Source: Paraspadella gotoi
Lineage: Eukaryota > Animalia > Chaetognatha
Direction: 5' to 3'
NCBI GenBank assembly: GCA_051294375.1
Contig: JBJCIZ010001595.1
Location: 1-9,767, forward strand
Length of the DNA stretch: 9,767 nucleotides
The notes below the pieces were generated by a model. It saw nothing but the letters and a program-made list of their open reading frames with translations. It did no database searches and was not told where the DNA came from. The translations under genes and the position numbers were made by a program. The first letter of the stretch is position 1. Each line of letters opens with the position of its first letter. Of this stretch, positions 6,325-9,767 are shown one piece after another.

Positions 6325-9300
6325 TCACTTTATGTCCAATATATGGCGTATTACTGATCGTAATTTGGTTTGGAGCTAGAGTTTATCGTTTTGTAGGAGA
6401 AATCTGTAGGCTGAGGGCGAGAGAAACGTTCGACTGGTGGGCGTGGGCCGATACGAGGCTCTTCCGTTTGTGCTGGCGCTGAGGCTGGCGTTGGAGGCGC
6501 CGGTGGGACACCGAAGGGGAGGGACGTCGCTTCGGTGGCGTCTCGAGGTTGAACGGAAGTAGGCGTGGGAGTCTCGAGTGACGTCGAAGGCTGCGATCTG
6601 TTGGCGCTGCGCTTAGGCGCGTTTGGGGGATTTCGATGTCATCGTCCTCGTCGTCCTCGTCCTCTTCATCTGGCTGCTGAAGTTGTCGCTGGCGATGAGT
6701 AGTGGATCGAGTTCGCTTGACGTCGCTGGAGGTTGCCGGGTGCGTGGGCCCGGACGCCGGCCTGGAGGAGGTGGAGACGGAGGGGGAGATGGTTGAGAGG
6801 CTCGTTCTTCTCCCTTTCGTCACGCCATAGTGTCGCTGGCTTGATTCCGGGCGATGGCTACTGTTCAGTTCCGCGGCCAGGGATTTCTATTTTAAGTTTA
6901 GATTGTCTCGGCTGAGGACTCGATAGGGTCCTTGGTAAGGCGCCGTTAGCGGAGGATTGACGCCCGGAGCGCTGGACGAAGACGTGAGTAGCATCAGTGA
7001 GTGTGTCCGGGAGATATAAGCGAGGAGCTCGATGTGTGGATGTTTCTGTGGGCTGTAATCGTTCCACCTCGACTCGAAGATGTCTCGCAGGGCCTGACGA
7101 TGCTCCTGGAGTTGTCCGTCGTCGATTGGAGGGGGCAGAAGATCGCCGGGCACCGCGAGACCTTCACCGAACACTAATTCAGCGGGAGATGCGCCGATGT
7201 CAGGTTTATCGTCGTACGTATCGCTAATAACGCTGAGGGGAGCCGCCAGAACCATCGTTGGGGTTGATCGTCGCCTAACGCTATAGCGCTTCCTTCAACC
7301 GCCGATGGAAACGCTCTACCAATCCGTTGGATTGTGGATGGTACGCTGCGGTCTGAAGATGCTTGATGCCCCATGTTTGGGTTAACTGTGTCCAAATCGC
7401 GGTCGAGAACTGCGCGCCTCTGTCCGTAGTGATCGCCGCTGGGATGCCGAATTGGGCAATCCATCCGTGCGTGATGGCGTCGACGACAGATGTGGTCGAC
7501 ATGTCTTTCATGGGAATGGCCGCCGGCCATCTGGAGAACCTATCCACCACGGTGAGGAGTGAACTAAATCCGTTCGATTGGGGCATCAAAGTGATATCCA
7601 CGTTTAGATGGTTGAAACGCTTTGGTGGCACCTCGAATTCTCCAATATTTGGCGTGATGTGGCGCGTCACCTTGGCGCGCTGGCATTGTAGACACTCTCG
7701 CGCCCAGCGTGTGATATCCGCTTTCAGTGAAGGCCATACGAATTTCGAGGCTATCGTTTCGCGTGTGCGAGCAACGCCGGGATGGCCAAGGCCGTGGACG
7801 GCGTCGAATATCCGCTTCGCCATGATTCCGGGACAAAGGGGCGGGCAGGGCCGTTGAGACGTCAACGAAAAGCTCGTGATCTCCTACTGTCACTTTTCTA
7901 AATTGGAGGCCCGTTCTGGCGTCGTTGGATAGGCGCTGAAAGTCCCTATCGAGGATCTGGTGGCGCGCCATTTCTTCGAGGTTTACGCCCTCCTGTCCGA
8001 TGGCGTTGATTGTCGCCTGGAGATCTTGGGACTTCTCCTGTGAGATTGGGCGGTCGACGGTAGGCGGCTGGAGGTGGGTTGGGCCGCGACAAAGCGTCGG
8101 CGACCAACGTTGGCTTTGCCACGGATGTGACGGATGTCTGTCGTGAACTCCGATATTACTGAGAGTTGAAAGTTGTGGCGCGTCGTTTGCGGCTCAGAGC
8201 GCTTGTGCAAGGCATGGATCAAAGACTGGTGATCCGTATAGAGGGTGAATGTTCTTCCCTCTAACCAATGCCGGAAATGGCGTACGGCTCGAAACGCGCC
8301 GTACAGCTCCCTATCGAATGGGGGCCATCGACGCTGTGCTTCGTCGAGCTTGGCGGAGAAGAACGCCAGCGGCTCCCATCCTTGCGGCGTTCTCTGTTCG
8401 AGAACAGCGCCGACGGCGATGTCCGAGGCGTCCGTGGTTAGCGCGAGTTGTGCGTTGGTACGCGGGTGTCGAAGCAGCGCCGCGTTGGCAGAGCGCTTCC
8501 TTAATGGCGTCGAAAGATTTGGAGCAGGCCTCAGACCAGTTTAGCTGTTTAGGCTTGCCCGCTAGGATGTCGTATAGCGCTGCGGCATGGTGAGCGGCGT
8601 TTGGTATAAAACGCCGGTAATAATTCACCATGCCCAGAAATCGCTGCAATTCTTTGACAGTCGTTGGCGGGTTTGTCGCTCTGATGGCGTCGACCTTCTG
8701 TGGTAAAGGCTTCACTCCTGTTGCGTCGACTAAGTATCCCAGAAATTCTAGGGAAGATTGACCTAGGATGCATTTTTTCCTATTTATGACGAGGCCGTTG
8801 TCGCGAGGGAATCGAAAACCGCTTTGAGGTCTTGGAGGTGCTCCTTCTGGTCGGCACTGGCGACGAGAATGTCGTCCAGATAAACGTAAGTGTGCGGTAT
8901 ATCCCCCAGGATTTCGTCCATCATCCGCTGAAAGTCTTGCCCCGCGTTTTTGAGGCCGAAGGGGGTGCGGAGAAAGACGAAGAGTCCGAAGGGGGTTATA
9001 ACCGCCGTTTTGGGAATGTCCTCTTCTGCTACAGGGATCTGGTGATACCCTTTTAGTAGATCGATTTTTGAGAACACCTTTTTCCCTGCCAACTCCGCGT
9101 TAAAATCCGCGAGGAGCTTGACAGGGTACTTATCATCCTTGGTGTTGGCGTTGAGGCGACGGAAGTCTCCGCAACATCTCCATCCACCATCTGCTTTTGG
9201 GACACATAGTAGAGGAGACGACCAAGAACTTTTAGCGCGTTTGGCGACGCCGAGCGCGACCAATTTTTCCAGTTCAGCTTTTGCGACGGCGAGCTTCTCC

Positions 9301-9767
9301 GGCGGTAGGCGGCGTGCTCGCGCTTGGCAGGGTCGGCCAAAAGTTGGAATATGGTGCTTAACTCCGTGCTTCGGTTCTTGATCTCGAAGGTCGGAGTTGC
9401 CAGCGTCGGATATTGATCTAGTAGTTTATAGTACGCGTTGTCCTTTTCTTCGATGAGATTGACGTGAGACGGTGGAGTGATATTGGAAACGTCACACGAG
9501 ATGATGGACAAGTCTCTGAGGTCGATGAGCGTTCCGTCGCGGTGATTGGGGGCCAAATAAAATTCCGCGAGGAAATCCGCCCCAAGTATACTTTGCGTGA
9601 CATCTGCCACGAGGAAATCGAAGGAAAATACTCGGGTGCCGAGTACGACTCGGCGGCGGACGGTGCCGTAGGCGTTTATTGATGTGCCGTTGGCCGCTTG
9701 GAGTTTTGGACCTGTTGGTCCGGCCACCCGCTGGGCTGCTGTCGGAGGAATTAGAGACAGTAAGGCG
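6325..9767 (-). pseudogene. pol: Second pol copy broken by single-base indels (probably sequencing errors)
   Basis: Minus-strand ORF fragments (9053-9727, 8784-9263, 8311-8715, 7281-7865 and others) reproduce pieces of the 2..3487 protein and change frame at indels. Confidence 0.8.

Larger units (their letters stand above)
5768..9767 (-). repeat. Inverted copy of 37..4043 (pol, 3' UTR, PPT, LTR, part of leader)
   Basis: 5768 TAGTAGAGAATTA is the reverse complement of 4031-4043; the window end is the reverse complement of nt 37 onward (CGCCTTACTG). Colinear throughout. Confidence 0.98.

Noticed and set aside
6104-6328. 74-aa hydrophobic ORF after pol (env-like or ORF3)
   Set aside because: Present only in the indel-rich copy, depends on homopolymer length, and runs through the PPT and LTR.
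37-9767. Foldback or TIR transposon, DIRS element, or autointegration inversion
   Set aside because: No transposase or tyrosine recombinase; breakpoints are not at LTR termini; no target duplication; the exact 4,000-nt block rejoins seamlessly when flipped.

Overview
Eukaryotic Ty3/gypsy LTR retrotransposon DNA, most like the CsRn1/Kabuki clade (CHCC Gag motif, GPY integrase, -1 gag/pol overlap). No host flank and no prokaryotic features are visible. Positions 1..5731 hold one complete, circularly permuted unit with a single LTR: pol (PR-RT-RH-IN), PPT, LTR, AT-rich hairpin-rich leader, gag, -1 frameshift signal, then the start of pol. 5732..5767 repeats 1..36. The last exactly 4,000 nt (5768..9767) are the reverse complement of 37..4043 with about two dozen small indels. 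Flipping that block restores a seamless head-to-tail tandem, so the giant inverted repeat is probably an artefact of processing or assembly. The most interesting biological signal is in the ~207-bp LTR core, which carries two antisense tRNA-like Pol III promoter modules (A-box plus B-box, both spaced 44 nt). A chain of hairpins follows it, one shaped like a pre-miRNA, and the protease has an atypical DGG active site.
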